A stretch of 64,000 bases of DNA from Clostridia bacterium (GTDB lineage Bacteria > Bacillota > Clostridia > TANB77 > CAG-465). Positions 21,399 through 30,776 of the stretch are shown one piece after another (the first letter of the stretch is position 1; every line of letters begins with the position of its first letter). Where the stretch lies: NCBI GenBank assembly GCA_045536565.1, contig JAZSNU010000003.1, positions 1-64,000 of the forward strand, in the 5' to 3' direction. A program made the position numbers and the translations under genes. A model generated the notes under the pieces. The model made no database searches. It saw nothing but the letters and a program-made list of their open reading frames with translations, and had not been told where the DNA came from.

Positions 21399-22064
21399 AT
21401 GCAAATTTGTAGACAAGGAAATGGTCATTATTTAGATGGCCTAAATAATCAAGATTTTTGTTATGTGGAAAAAAATATAAAAATGCTTACAGATGGATGT
21501 AGTGAAGGTAAGTTTTCAGAAGTAGGAACAAGACTATTTACCCAATGTTTTTCTTTGTTAGAAAATAGATTTGATGTAAATGAATTTGAAAAAAATGTTG
21601 ATGAAACATTTAAAAGAATCATGACACTTATCACTAATAAAGATGAAAAAAGTATTTCTGATTTTATAATCAATAACATGTTATTTACAATACTTGCATG
21701 CTTTGAATTTGAAGATAAATTTATTGTTAAATATCTTGGAGATGGTTATATAGTTACGGTAAATAATGCTGATATGGTAAGTTATACAAGATTATCCTAT
21801 GGAAAAACACCTCCATATTATGCGTACAACTTTATTTCTACAAACACATACAGTGACAAATTACAATTTAAAACTTTTGAACTTAGTAAAAATGATTTTA
21901 AGAAAGTAGGTATAGCTTCTGATGGAATAATGCCGTTGGTAGAAAAGAAAGTACCGGAAGATATTACACCTATAATCTTAGGGAAAAACACAATGTATAC
22001 GGTTGAAGGAATAATAAAATCTAATCAATTAAACTTTTATGATGATGTTACGATATTAATATAG
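21399..22064 (+). CDS. PP2C-family protein phosphatase (TerY-P type)
   Basis: G..H......NQD, TDGCS, LGDG, ASDGI and DDVT motifs; the metal-binding Asp residues are present. Confidence 0.85.
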   Translation: MQICRQGNGHYLDGLNNQDFCYVEKNIKMLTDGCSEGKFSEVGTRLFTQCFSLLENRFDVNEFEKNVDETFKRIMTLITNKDEKSISDFIINNMLFTILACFEFEDKFIVKYLGDGYIVTVNNADMVSYTRLSYGKTPPYYAYNFISTNTYSDKLQFKTFELSKNDFKKVGIASDGIMPLVEKKVPEDITPIILGKNTMYTVEGIIKSNQLNFYDDVTILI

Positions 22065-22075
22065 GAGGGGAAAAA

Positions 22076-22867
22076 ATGATATTTGGAAAAAAAGACGATA
22101 ACAATACTAAAAATGTGGATAGCAAAAATATAAAAGATTCCAAATCAAATTTAACCGAAAAAGAAAACTTATTAAAAAAAGATGATAAGAAAAGTAATAC
22201 CTCAAAGGTTGAAAAAAAGAATCCTTTTATAAGTAGTAAAAAAGGTGATGGTTTAGAAAAACTAGTAGAGACAAAAGAACAAAATGAATCAAAACCATAT
22301 ATACCGTACAATAATTATAGTTATTGGCTTAATAAAAAGACAGTAATATTTTTTGTTATTGAAGACACGGTAGATGTAAAAAAATATGCAAATCAAATAA
22401 ACGCTATAACAAACAGAATTATTAAAGAGAATGACTCAGAGCTATTTTCTTTTATGGTTCCAAATGGGAAAGATACACAGATTAATTTGCTAAGTGCTAG
22501 TTTGATAGAAAGAGATAAACCGGTAGAAACCATTTTAAAATCTGACGATAAAACAGAAAATTCGGTCAAACTATTAGACCCACTTAGAAACATTGCATAT
22601 TTTTTGGAGTATGTTAAAAAGTCTTTTGGTAAAGTATACCGAGGTAAAAGCGAATTTTATATTGAAAAATGCAAAATTATTTTTATTGGTACCGGTGAAT
22701 ATGAGAAAAATTTACAACAGGATGTTACAGAGTTAGTAAAATTTATTAATAATCAAACGCTTGTAAAAACTATGAAATATTTTTGCATGAAAGACAGTCA
22801 GACAGTTAATGCTGCTAAATTAGGATTCCCTGTTATAGGGCATATAGAATATGATTTTTACAAATAA
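22076..22867 (+). CDS. Probable degenerate vWA-fold protein with a Lys-rich disordered N-terminus
   Basis: VIFFVIEDT (at the DxSxS position), KLLDPL (at the T.L..AL position) and KIIFIGTG (at the IFLSDG position); MIDAS is not intact. Confidence 0.5.
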   Translation: MIFGKKDDNNTKNVDSKNIKDSKSNLTEKENLLKKDDKKSNTSKVEKKNPFISSKKGDGLEKLVETKEQNESKPYIPYNNYSYWLNKKTVIFFVIEDTVDVKKYANQINAITNRIIKENDSELFSFMVPNGKDTQINLLSASLIERDKPVETILKSDDKTENSVKLLDPLRNIAYFLEYVKKSFGKVYRGKSEFYIEKCKIIFIGTGEYEKNLQQDVTELVKFINNQTLVKTMKYFCMKDSQTVNAAKLGFPVIGHIEYDFYK

Positions 22868-22880
22868 GGAGGATATCTAT

Positions 22881-24359
22881 ATGTGGCTTCAAAAATTTAA
22901 AAGAATCCTCATTGATATATTTTTTCCAAAAAGTATCTCACAAGCCGAAGTTCAAGATGAAGTGCAAAATGTAGCAGAAGAAACTCATGAAAATGATGAG
23001 AGAAAAATAGATTTTAAACTAAATAATATAATTTTTGATAAATTAAATCATTTAGAACAATATATAAAAATATTTTCTCAAACATTTCCTAAGCAGTATT
23101 CTGAATATTTAATTGCTGTGCAGAGTCTTAGAACAGAATATGAAAGAGAACTTGAAAAATATAAAAAAGGATTTGATGGAAACATTACATTTGCGATTGA
23201 TCCTGAACATGAATCACGCAGACATATAGCAGTTATTAGTTTGGAAAATGAAATCAAAAAATTTGTTGAAAATGAAGTTGGTTTCAAAGTTAGCAAGGAT
23301 AAATTTTCTAAGTTGTGTGGAAGACTAAATACATTCTATAATGCTTTATTTAGAACACAAATAGATATATCTGTTATCTTAAACCAAATTAATAATGCTA
23401 AAAATTCGCTAAATAAAATAGTAAATGAGGCAAAAGAACAAGAATTCTTTAATAAAGATACTAGAAAAAAAGAAGAAATATTAAACTACATTGTTTATTG
23501 TGAATATCTTATTTTTAAATCTCTACTTAGATGTTCTAATGTTAAAAAATTTGATGAATATAAGAATAACATTTCACAAAATTATGATCTTTTTGTTCAT
23601 GAAGAATATGAAAGACTTATATTTAATTTTTTAATAGAAGACTTAGAAGATTTACAAATATATATAAACAACAACTTCAAAAATGAAAGCACATATCAAT
23701 ATATATCTAAAAATTGTCAAATGTTACAAAATGAATTAGACGAATATAACAAAGTGTTTAATGATGATAATTATTTTGCTTCTGTTATAAAGTTTGAAAA
23801 TACAGTTGACAATTTAGCAGAATCTTCGGATATAAAATTTGAAATGAATGTTCCAAGAACTATTCATTTAAATGATAATGACGAAGAAGTTGTTAGCGTA
23901 ATAGATATGGCACTTTCTATACTTAGTTTAATTGACAATAATAAATCAAAACTAGTATATGCTATTATTAAAAACTTCAAGCAGGAAATATCATGGAGAG
24001 AATTTTTCTTCTTAACTAAGATATTTGAACTGTATTCTGATGTTATAGAAACAGCAACAAATACTATTTTTAATGTAATAAGCGAAAAGTTTTTAAAACT
24101 AGATAATAAATATGAGGAATATACAGACAGTTATATTCAAAAAGAAAAAGATAAAATATTAAATTACTCTGGTAGCAAAAGTAAGAAATATATTCATTTA
24201 CTTTATATTGATAAAGAATTTTTGCCGGCAGCGGCAGAAGTTTTAAATGAATTATTTCTTGACTTTGTTATAAAAGGTAATGATGTATATTTAAATCATT
24301 CATATTTTAATGGTTTTAAAAATTTAGAGGAAAACTTTGGAGAATATATAACATTTTAA
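22881..24359 (+). CDS. Hypothetical all-helical protein
   Basis: ATG at 22881 follows an AAGGAGG RBS (the track start 22851 is an upstream extension); no motif recognised. Confidence 0.7.
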   Translation: MWLQKFKRILIDIFFPKSISQAEVQDEVQNVAEETHENDERKIDFKLNNIIFDKLNHLEQYIKIFSQTFPKQYSEYLIAVQSLRTEYERELEKYKKGFDGNITFAIDPEHESRRHIAVISLENEIKKFVENEVGFKVSKDKFSKLCGRLNTFYNALFRTQIDISVILNQINNAKNSLNKIVNEAKEQEFFNKDTRKKEEILNYIVYCEYLIFKSLLRCSNVKKFDEYKNNISQNYDLFVHEEYERLIFNFLIEDLEDLQIYINNNFKNESTYQYISKNCQMLQNELDEYNKVFNDDNYFASVIKFENTVDNLAESSDIKFEMNVPRTIHLNDNDEEVVSVIDMALSILSLIDNNKSKLVYAIIKNFKQEISWREFFFLTKIFELYSDVIETATNTIFNVISEKFLKLDNKYEEYTDSYIQKEKDKILNYSGSKSKKYIHLLYIDKEFLPAAAEVLNELFLDFVIKGNDVYLNHSYFNGFKNLEENFGEYITF

Positions 24360-24377
24360 CTATTTGGAGGTAACATT

Positions 24378-25091
24378 ATGAGTTTTAATTTATCAAATTG
24401 TAAGTATGATTTTGCATCAGACAATATTAACATATTCGTTAATGTGTATGACACATCTTCTTCTATGGATGGAGATATGACTAAGATGCAAGAAGCAAAC
24501 AAAATTTTCTACGACGAATTTATGGGATTTGAAGAAAAAGGTTCAATTGCAATTGCAAAGGCAGTTTTTGCTGACGGTTATGAAATGGGAGATTTTAGAG
24601 ATATAAAAGATTTCAATACAAGTTATAGAGCATATGGAAATACTGCTTTATATAACGCTATTATACAAACAGCAAAAAACACAATTGCATATTATAATGA
24701 AATTGTTAAAAGATTAAATGTAAGACCTAGAATAACATTCTTGGTGTTTAGTGACGGCGCAGATAATAGAGGAACTGCTTTGGATTATAACAAAGCCAAG
24801 GAAATGATAAAACAATTAAATAGCCTTGATGCTACAACCGTTTTTGTCGCTTTCAGAGAAGCAATAGCAAGAGAAGATGGCAAAAGGATGGGATTTACCT
24901 GTACAAAGGACATAAAAGATGCAAAAGACTTGTCTAAGTGTATGGGTAAAGAGTTATCAAGAAGTTGCAGAGAACAATCAAAAAGTGCATATTCATTAAA
25001 ATCTGAATTTTTCTCAAAGGCAGATAAAAATTCAAACGAAGACAAACTTCAAGATCAGATTATCAATGATGATGAATTGTTTGATATTTAA
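24378..25091 (+). CDS. TerY-like von Willebrand factor A domain protein
   Basis: MIDAS DTSSSM, GNTALYNAI and VFSDGADN. Confidence 0.85.
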   Translation: MSFNLSNCKYDFASDNINIFVNVYDTSSSMDGDMTKMQEANKIFYDEFMGFEEKGSIAIAKAVFADGYEMGDFRDIKDFNTSYRAYGNTALYNAIIQTAKNTIAYYNEIVKRLNVRPRITFLVFSDGADNRGTALDYNKAKEMIKQLNSLDATTVFVAFREAIAREDGKRMGFTCTKDIKDAKDLSKCMGKELSRSCREQSKSAYSLKSEFFSKADKNSNEDKLQDQIINDDELFDI

Positions 25092-25103
25092 AAACACTTG
25101 TAA

Positions 25104-25129
25104 TTGCCAGGAGAACTATCTCCTGGCAA
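25104..25129 (+). promoter_or_regulatory. Perfect intergenic hairpin abutting the kinase RBS
   Basis: 11-bp stem ttgccaggaga/tctcctggcaa with a 4-nt loop and no U-tract, followed at once by GGGAGG. Confidence 0.6.
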
Positions 25130-25145
25130 AGGGAGGTATTGTATA

Positions 25146-28100
25146 ATGATGGATTTTACTGGTGAACCATTAAATTCTTTAACAGAATATAATGTAGAGA
25201 CTGGTATGCAATATCAAAAGATAAGTAGTTGGACTTACATGAGAAGTATGTCAAAACTAAAAAAGAAAGATATAGATGTAGATACTGATTTTATTACTGT
25301 TTATGTTGATGAAATGAATAAATCTACATTTGTAATTAAGGATAAAGTCTTATCTGAACTTTTATATCGGGGCATAAAAAGCGAAAAAGCATCTAATAAT
25401 ATGCCACAGGTTTTAAGTTTGCTTAATTTTATGGCTGTTGAGAAAAAAGAAAAAGTTGTATTTATTACTTCAGATAGAGATTTTGATGCGACATACAACT
25501 CTAAACAAAAACCATATGCTTTAACAATTTTTTATGACTTAATAAAGTGGTTTTGCGATACTTTTTCAACACCTGAAAATAGAATATATGTAAATGTTAA
25601 TAAATTTATGAAATGTTTATTAAGGCATAGTAATTCTATTTTTATGAGCTTACTTCTCTCAATATCTTTTGAACCTTATGAACTTACACAGTTAGAAATG
25701 GATGAAATTGTAAACGAATTATTATATTATTGCGTTAATAGTTATTCTTGTCTTACAAAGGAAGAATTACAAGAAGAAATAATAAATTCAAGTAAAGCAG
25801 TTTATCCTTTTATAAAAAACGGTGCTTATGTGCACAGGAATGATGATTACGGATTTAACAAGTTACCAATTTATTTATATACAAATATATTTAAATATAC
25901 TATTAATCCAAATACTTTTAATAATTTGTATGACATTTTTGATAGTTCAAAGGTTGATTTTGCAGAACAGAAATTAGAATCGGAAGATTTTGTGTTTGAT
26001 GAAAAATTACTTGAAACATCAGCAAAAGAGATTCTTGAAAATGAATTTTTTACCAAATATGTGATTAATAAAAATTTTGGCGATGAAACACCTTATTGGT
26101 ATTTAAAACTTAAAAGTCCCCAAGATTTAGACATCATAAATGAGGTAATAGATGTATTAGTAAATAATGGATTAATGATGGCTCCATATTATGTATTACC
26201 ATCACTTGAAAGCGATAATATTTATATAAGATATTATGTGCAGCAAACAGATGATGAGTATATGACAATTACTGATTATGTTGATAAAATAGGTCATGAT
26301 CAGTATAGCCTTGTTAAACTTATATATCTAATAAACGATAAGTTTATAGACAATACTGATCTTAGAAGACTTATTTTTGTTGATAAGAGCATAGATATAT
26401 TATCTCAGTTTAATATTAATGAGTATTATGAAGCTATTAATATTAATGATGCATTTAATATCAACTACAAAAAGACAGAGGAAAACATAGCCTTTAATCA
26501 TTCTCTAATTATTTTAGAAGTTATAAAAAGATTTTTAGAGAATAATAAGGTGGCAGTCGATGACATATATAACTCTGTATTCATGAGAATGTTTTCACCT
26601 GCTTTTGCACTTGATATTGTTAATTACATTAAAGATGGTAGTTATAATCCATCTGGTATGGTTACAAAGTTAAAGGATGTATTCAAATATGAATATATTG
26701 ATCATATTGTATTTGATGAAGATATAAATTTGGATGATCAGGAATTGTTAAGTAGAATTACTTTCTTTGACAGACAAGAACTACCAGAAGGTGGAAGAAA
26801 AATATTTAATGCACAATGTGAAACACCATTTGTCTTTAATAAAAAGAATTTTAAAGAAGCATATTACATTGAAAGTATTAATAATAATTCTTTAACAGAG
26901 TTTCCGCTTACTAAACCCAATATCGATAAAATTATGTATAACTTCAAATTGGGGATTAAGAAAAACTTACTTATGCCAGAAAAGGTTATGATAAGTAAAG
27001 ACAAAGTATATGCTAATAAATATCAAGTAATAGGTATTGTATGGACACATTCAAGAGTATATAAGTTTTCTGAACTTATAAAAAACGGCAGCATAAATAC
27101 ACCGCAGATATATAAAGTTATGGATGAATTAATCAAGTTATATGATCAATATAATTATAGATTATCGTCTAGAACAGGAGGAATTGATGAACTTTTAGTA
27201 GATGATAATCTTACACCTATATTTAATTGTAATTTGATTGATAACAGTCAAGCTTTGTATAGTACTGGTAGGAAAAACAGAAAAAATTACTTTAATTATC
27301 TAAGAGATGCAATAGCTTTAACATATATGATGCATTTAAACAATTTTACAGACTTTGAATACGAAGAGCTATACTCAACTGGTGAGCCAATTGATTTAAG
27401 ATTTTGCAAAGAGCATAACGAGTGGCATAAAAGAGGAGATCTGTGTAGTAAATGTAAAAAAGTGTATCATATAAGAGATAATACAAAAAGTAATGAGTTA
27501 CCTGGTGTTTTACATGATTTTGGAACAAGTGTATTTCGTGAATTTTATGAAGGTGTTTTAAATATACCAGAATATACAGTCGATTATAAATGTGTTAAGA
27601 TTGGTCTTGAAAATAGATTGTATGATAAAATCACAGAATTTTTAAAACCTACACATATATATTTCGAAAGATTTTCTGATTATAAGAGAAGAAAGGCAAA
27701 TGGAATTGTATATACAGATTTCGATTTTGATAGCATTCTTCCTATTAACACCTTTAAAATGATGCAAAGATTAAAGGTCATATTACTCTTATACAAACAG
27801 ATATTACCACTAATATTTTCAGGAGATTTTATGGTATCTAGCGATAAAATATTTAAAACCATGTTTATGGATAAAAACATAAAAGGTAAAATTATTATTC
27901 CTGATATCATATTATTAAAATGTGATGATATATTAAGTTATAAAAATTCACCAAGTCTTGATAAGGTAAATGCTACTTTAAATATATTTAATAACTTTTT
28001 AGAAGAATATATACTAAGTGATGAAACCTTAGCAGAGGAATATAAAAATGGTAATGAGCATATATGCAAAGCATTAGAAAGTATAAAAAAATATGAGTAT

Positions 28101-29942
28101 AGTGTAGAGGGTATAAGAGAATATATAAAAACCAAGGATAGCTTTTGCAGAGTTCACGGAATTCATTATTCGAGTAATGAAGGTATTTGTCCTAAATGTA
28201 TTGAAGACGGTATTACTTGGGATTCAGTTATGCTTCTTAAAAATTCATACTTTAAGAAGTTAGAAAGTGAATCACCTAAATACGAAGGTGGAGAAGCTAA
28301 TCTATATCATCATCTGGATAATAATGATGAAATTATAAAAATATTTAAAGATGATGCTGTAGATATAACTTTTAAATCAAAAATCATTGGTAAGGTTCTT
28401 CAAAAGAGTAAGTTGTTTGAGAAGTTCAATGCTGAACACGATGGGATAAAATTCGTTCAAATAAAAAACATATTATATTCTTATGAAAATAATATTTTAA
28501 ATTTGGAAGGATATGAGGAAGAATATATAGAAGGTTCTTTCAAAATCTCAGCACTTAAAGACAAAAACTTTGTAAGTGAACTTGGATATACTCAAAAAGA
28601 TATTTTAGAGATATTAATTAAAGCTTGCATTGGTATTGAATTCTTACATTCAATTGGTGGTTATATTGGAGATTTGAATGGCGGAAATATTGTCATAAAA
28701 GATAAGGTTGTATACTTTATAGATTATGACGGAATGAGTTTTGATGATGCTAAAAACTTCGTTTATACTCATTTATATATATATCCTCCATCTGTTGAAA
28801 ACAAAAACATCACCGCAGATGATGATTGGTATTCTTTTGCTGTACAGGCTTTCTACTATTTGACATATTCACATCCTTTTAGAGGCATTAGTAATCAAAA
28901 AGAAGTACCTGTAAATGAAGTAGAGAGAATGAAACTAGGTTATTCAATACTTGGTAATCATGGAATCAAAAAACCTAAGATAAGCATAGGTTGGGATTTT
29001 ATGCCAGACGATATGATAACATATTTTATCAATACTTTTGAAGGGGATTTAAGAGAAAGTATGCTTCCAATACTCCAAAATTTATATAATGAGTTAGGAG
29101 GTAGCTTGACATTTAAGTTTGAGGAAATAAAAAGGAAAAGGCCTGTATTGGCATCAGTTAGCGAAACTGCATATGTAGATGGGGAATATAATTTTATTTG
29201 TAATGAAAAAGTAGTATTGAAATTTGATTCCGGTTTTGGGATAAAACAATACGAAGGGGATATATTTGTAGCATTTATGGATAATAAAACACTAGTGTAT
29301 AACGAAAAAACAGGAAGTGCAATAAATTTCGGTAAGAAATATACACTAGAAATGTGTCCAGTAAACAATAAAATATATTATCTGTCTGTTAGCAAAACTG
29401 ATATATATGTTGATGAATATGATTCTAAAACATCGCAGATTTCTACTCATCATATAACCAAGCCAACTAATTATCCAATAATTGATTTTTCTGTAAATGC
29501 TGAAAATAAATTTGTCATAGCTGAGTACAATAGAGATAACGATACTATTGATATTTATTGCAATGCAAGTAAAGTATACAGCATTAATAAAACAGATAGT
29601 ATTACAGTAACAGGAATAAAAATCATATCTGATGGTATTGGCAAAAGATGGCTTGTAAAGTATTTAGATGGTGATGTTACAAAAGCTATTGTAATAGACA
29701 AAACTCAGGCATCATTGTACGAAGAGATAGAACTGCCTGAAAAAATAGAAAGTAAAATTTTCTTCTTCGGTAATTCTATATATTACTTTGAGCAAGGCAA
29801 AATTTGTTATTACAATATCGATAAAAAAAGGCTTAAAAAGAAAGAATGTGATGTGGCCTGTGTAGATTCTAGAATCCAAAAGAAAGCAAGCAAATTAATA
29901 ATCAACAATTCCAAAAGTTCATACAAATACTTTAAATCTTGA
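25146..29942 (+). CDS. Giant Ser/Thr kinase-domain protein (TerY-P type kinase) with two Zn-ribbons and a C-terminal beta-rich domain
   Basis: EGGEA Gly-loop, IIKIF, LHSIGGYIGDLNGGNI, FIDYDG, DDWYSFAV and HPFRG; two CxxH-x7/8-CxxC motifs; ATG at 25146 after GGGAGG. Confidence 0.8.
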   Translation: MMDFTGEPLNSLTEYNVETGMQYQKISSWTYMRSMSKLKKKDIDVDTDFITVYVDEMNKSTFVIKDKVLSELLYRGIKSEKASNNMPQVLSLLNFMAVEKKEKVVFITSDRDFDATYNSKQKPYALTIFYDLIKWFCDTFSTPENRIYVNVNKFMKCLLRHSNSIFMSLLLSISFEPYELTQLEMDEIVNELLYYCVNSYSCLTKEELQEEIINSSKAVYPFIKNGAYVHRNDDYGFNKLPIYLYTNIFKYTINPNTFNNLYDIFDSSKVDFAEQKLESEDFVFDEKLLETSAKEILENEFFTKYVINKNFGDETPYWYLKLKSPQDLDIINEVIDVLVNNGLMMAPYYVLPSLESDNIYIRYYVQQTDDEYMTITDYVDKIGHDQYSLVKLIYLINDKFIDNTDLRRLIFVDKSIDILSQFNINEYYEAININDAFNINYKKTEENIAFNHSLIILEVIKRFLENNKVAVDDIYNSVFMRMFSPAFALDIVNYIKDGSYNPSGMVTKLKDVFKYEYIDHIVFDEDINLDDQELLSRITFFDRQELPEGGRKIFNAQCETPFVFNKKNFKEAYYIESINNNSLTEFPLTKPNIDKIMYNFKLGIKKNLLMPEKVMISKDKVYANKYQVIGIVWTHSRVYKFSELIKNGSINTPQIYKVMDELIKLYDQYNYRLSSRTGGIDELLVDDNLTPIFNCNLIDNSQALYSTGRKNRKNYFNYLRDAIALTYMMHLNNFTDFEYEELYSTGEPIDLRFCKEHNEWHKRGDLCSKCKKVYHIRDNTKSNELPGVLHDFGTSVFREFYEGVLNIPEYTVDYKCVKIGLENRLYDKITEFLKPTHIYFERFSDYKRRKANGIVYTDFDFDSILPINTFKMMQRLKVILLLYKQILPLIFSGDFMVSSDKIFKTMFMDKNIKGKIIIPDIILLKCDDILSYKNSPSLDKVNATLNIFNNFLEEYILSDETLAEEYKNGNEHICKALESIKKYEYSVEGIREYIKTKDSFCRVHGIHYSSNEGICPKCIEDGITWDSVMLLKNSYFKKLESESPKYEGGEANLYHHLDNNDEIIKIFKDDAVDITFKSKIIGKVLQKSKLFEKFNAEHDGIKFVQIKNILYSYENNILNLEGYEEEYIEGSFKISALKDKNFVSELGYTQKDILEILIKACIGIEFLHSIGGYIGDLNGGNIVIKDKVVYFIDYDGMSFDDAKNFVYTHLYIYPPSVENKNITADDDWYSFAVQAFYYLTYSHPFRGISNQKEVPVNEVERMKLGYSILGNHGIKKPKISIGWDFMPDDMITYFINTFEGDLRESMLPILQNLYNELGGSLTFKFEEIKRKRPVLASVSETAYVDGEYNFICNEKVVLKFDSGFGIKQYEGDIFVAFMDNKTLVYNEKTGSAINFGKKYTLEMCPVNNKIYYLSVSKTDIYVDEYDSKTSQISTHHITKPTNYPIIDFSVNAENKFVIAEYNRDNDTIDIYCNASKVYSINKTDSITVTGIKIISDGIGKRWLVKYLDGDVTKAIVIDKTQASLYEEIELPEKIESKIFFFGNSIYYFEQGKICYYNIDKKRLKKKECDVACVDSRIQKKASKLIINNSKSSYKYFKS

Positions 29943-30018
29943 TTTTTATGTAAAATGTGGTATAATTATATTGGATTTTTAAATTATCCAAAATAAATTT
30001 ATTAAGGAGAGAAAAAAC

Positions 30019-30441
30019 ATGGCTAAAAAAAATGATTTTATGGAAAAAATCCAGGGTGTTGCAGATAAAGCAATTGGATTTGCAAAAGAACAGATTGAAA
30101 AAGCAGAACCGTATTTTGAAGAAATGAAAGAACCCGTTGAATTGAAAGTTAGAATCGCTAAATGGGAGTACGAGTTAAAGAAACTTTTTACAAAATATGG
30201 AGAAGCAGTTTTTAACGCTGATGTCCAGGATACAGAAGAAATCTACAAGGAAATTGAATCTTTGCTTGAAGATATTAAGCAGGCAAATGAAAGATTAAAT
30301 GAAATTGAGGTTTCAAAAGAATGTGAAGTTGCAGATGAAGAATTAGAAGGAAAGGGTAATGTTTTCTGTACAAAATGTGGAAACGAGCTTGAACAGGATG
30401 ATGTCTTCTGCAACAAATGTGGAACCAAACTTAAAAAATAA
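30019..30441 (+). CDS. Coiled-coil protein with C-terminal zinc ribbon
   Basis: FCTKCG...FCNKCGTKL; own extended -10 promoter at 29939-29966. Confidence 0.8.
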   Translation: MAKKNDFMEKIQGVADKAIGFAKEQIEKAEPYFEEMKEPVELKVRIAKWEYELKKLFTKYGEAVFNADVQDTEEIYKEIESLLEDIKQANERLNEIEVSKECEVADEELEGKGNVFCTKCGNELEQDDVFCNKCGTKLKK

Positions 30442-30456
30442 AATCAAAAAGAGTAA

Positions 30457-30487
30457 GGGTGCTAGCAAATTGCTGGCACCTTTTTTC
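30457..30487 (+). terminator. Intrinsic terminator
   Basis: Stem ggtgctagcaa/ttgctggcacc followed by a T-tract. Confidence 0.75.
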
Positions 30488-30572
30488 TGCGTGTTTAGTG
30501 CTTTTCCTTGACTTTTGCTTTATTCATTGGTATCATATATGTGTTAAAATATTTTTAAATAGGTGATACAAA

Positions 30573-30773
30573 ATGATAGACAAATTAATATTACTTGCAG
30601 CTATAATATTGTTATTTATAGGGGTAGTATCAATATTTTTAGCAAGAGAACTCGTCAGAAAGAAAAATATAGATAATGAAAATGTAGTCGTCAGAAATGT
30701 TAAAATAGTCGGCTTTCTTATTGTTATAATTTCACTTGTAACAATATATTTTTGTAATTTAGGAGGAGTTTAA
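30573..30773 (+). CDS. Small two-TM membrane protein co-transcribed with valS
   Basis: 66-aa ORF with AGGTG RBS and two hydrophobic segments; ends 3 nt before valS. Confidence 0.65.
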   Translation: MIDKLILLAAIILLFIGVVSIFLARELVRKKNIDNENVVVRNVKIVGFLIVIISLVTIYFCNLGGV

Positions 30774-30776
30774 AAA

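Noticed and set aside
30488-30776. T-box riboswitch upstream of valS
   Set aside because: The region holds a promoter (TTGACT-17-TATCAT) and a small membrane ORF; there is no T-box antiterminator consensus or room for stem I.
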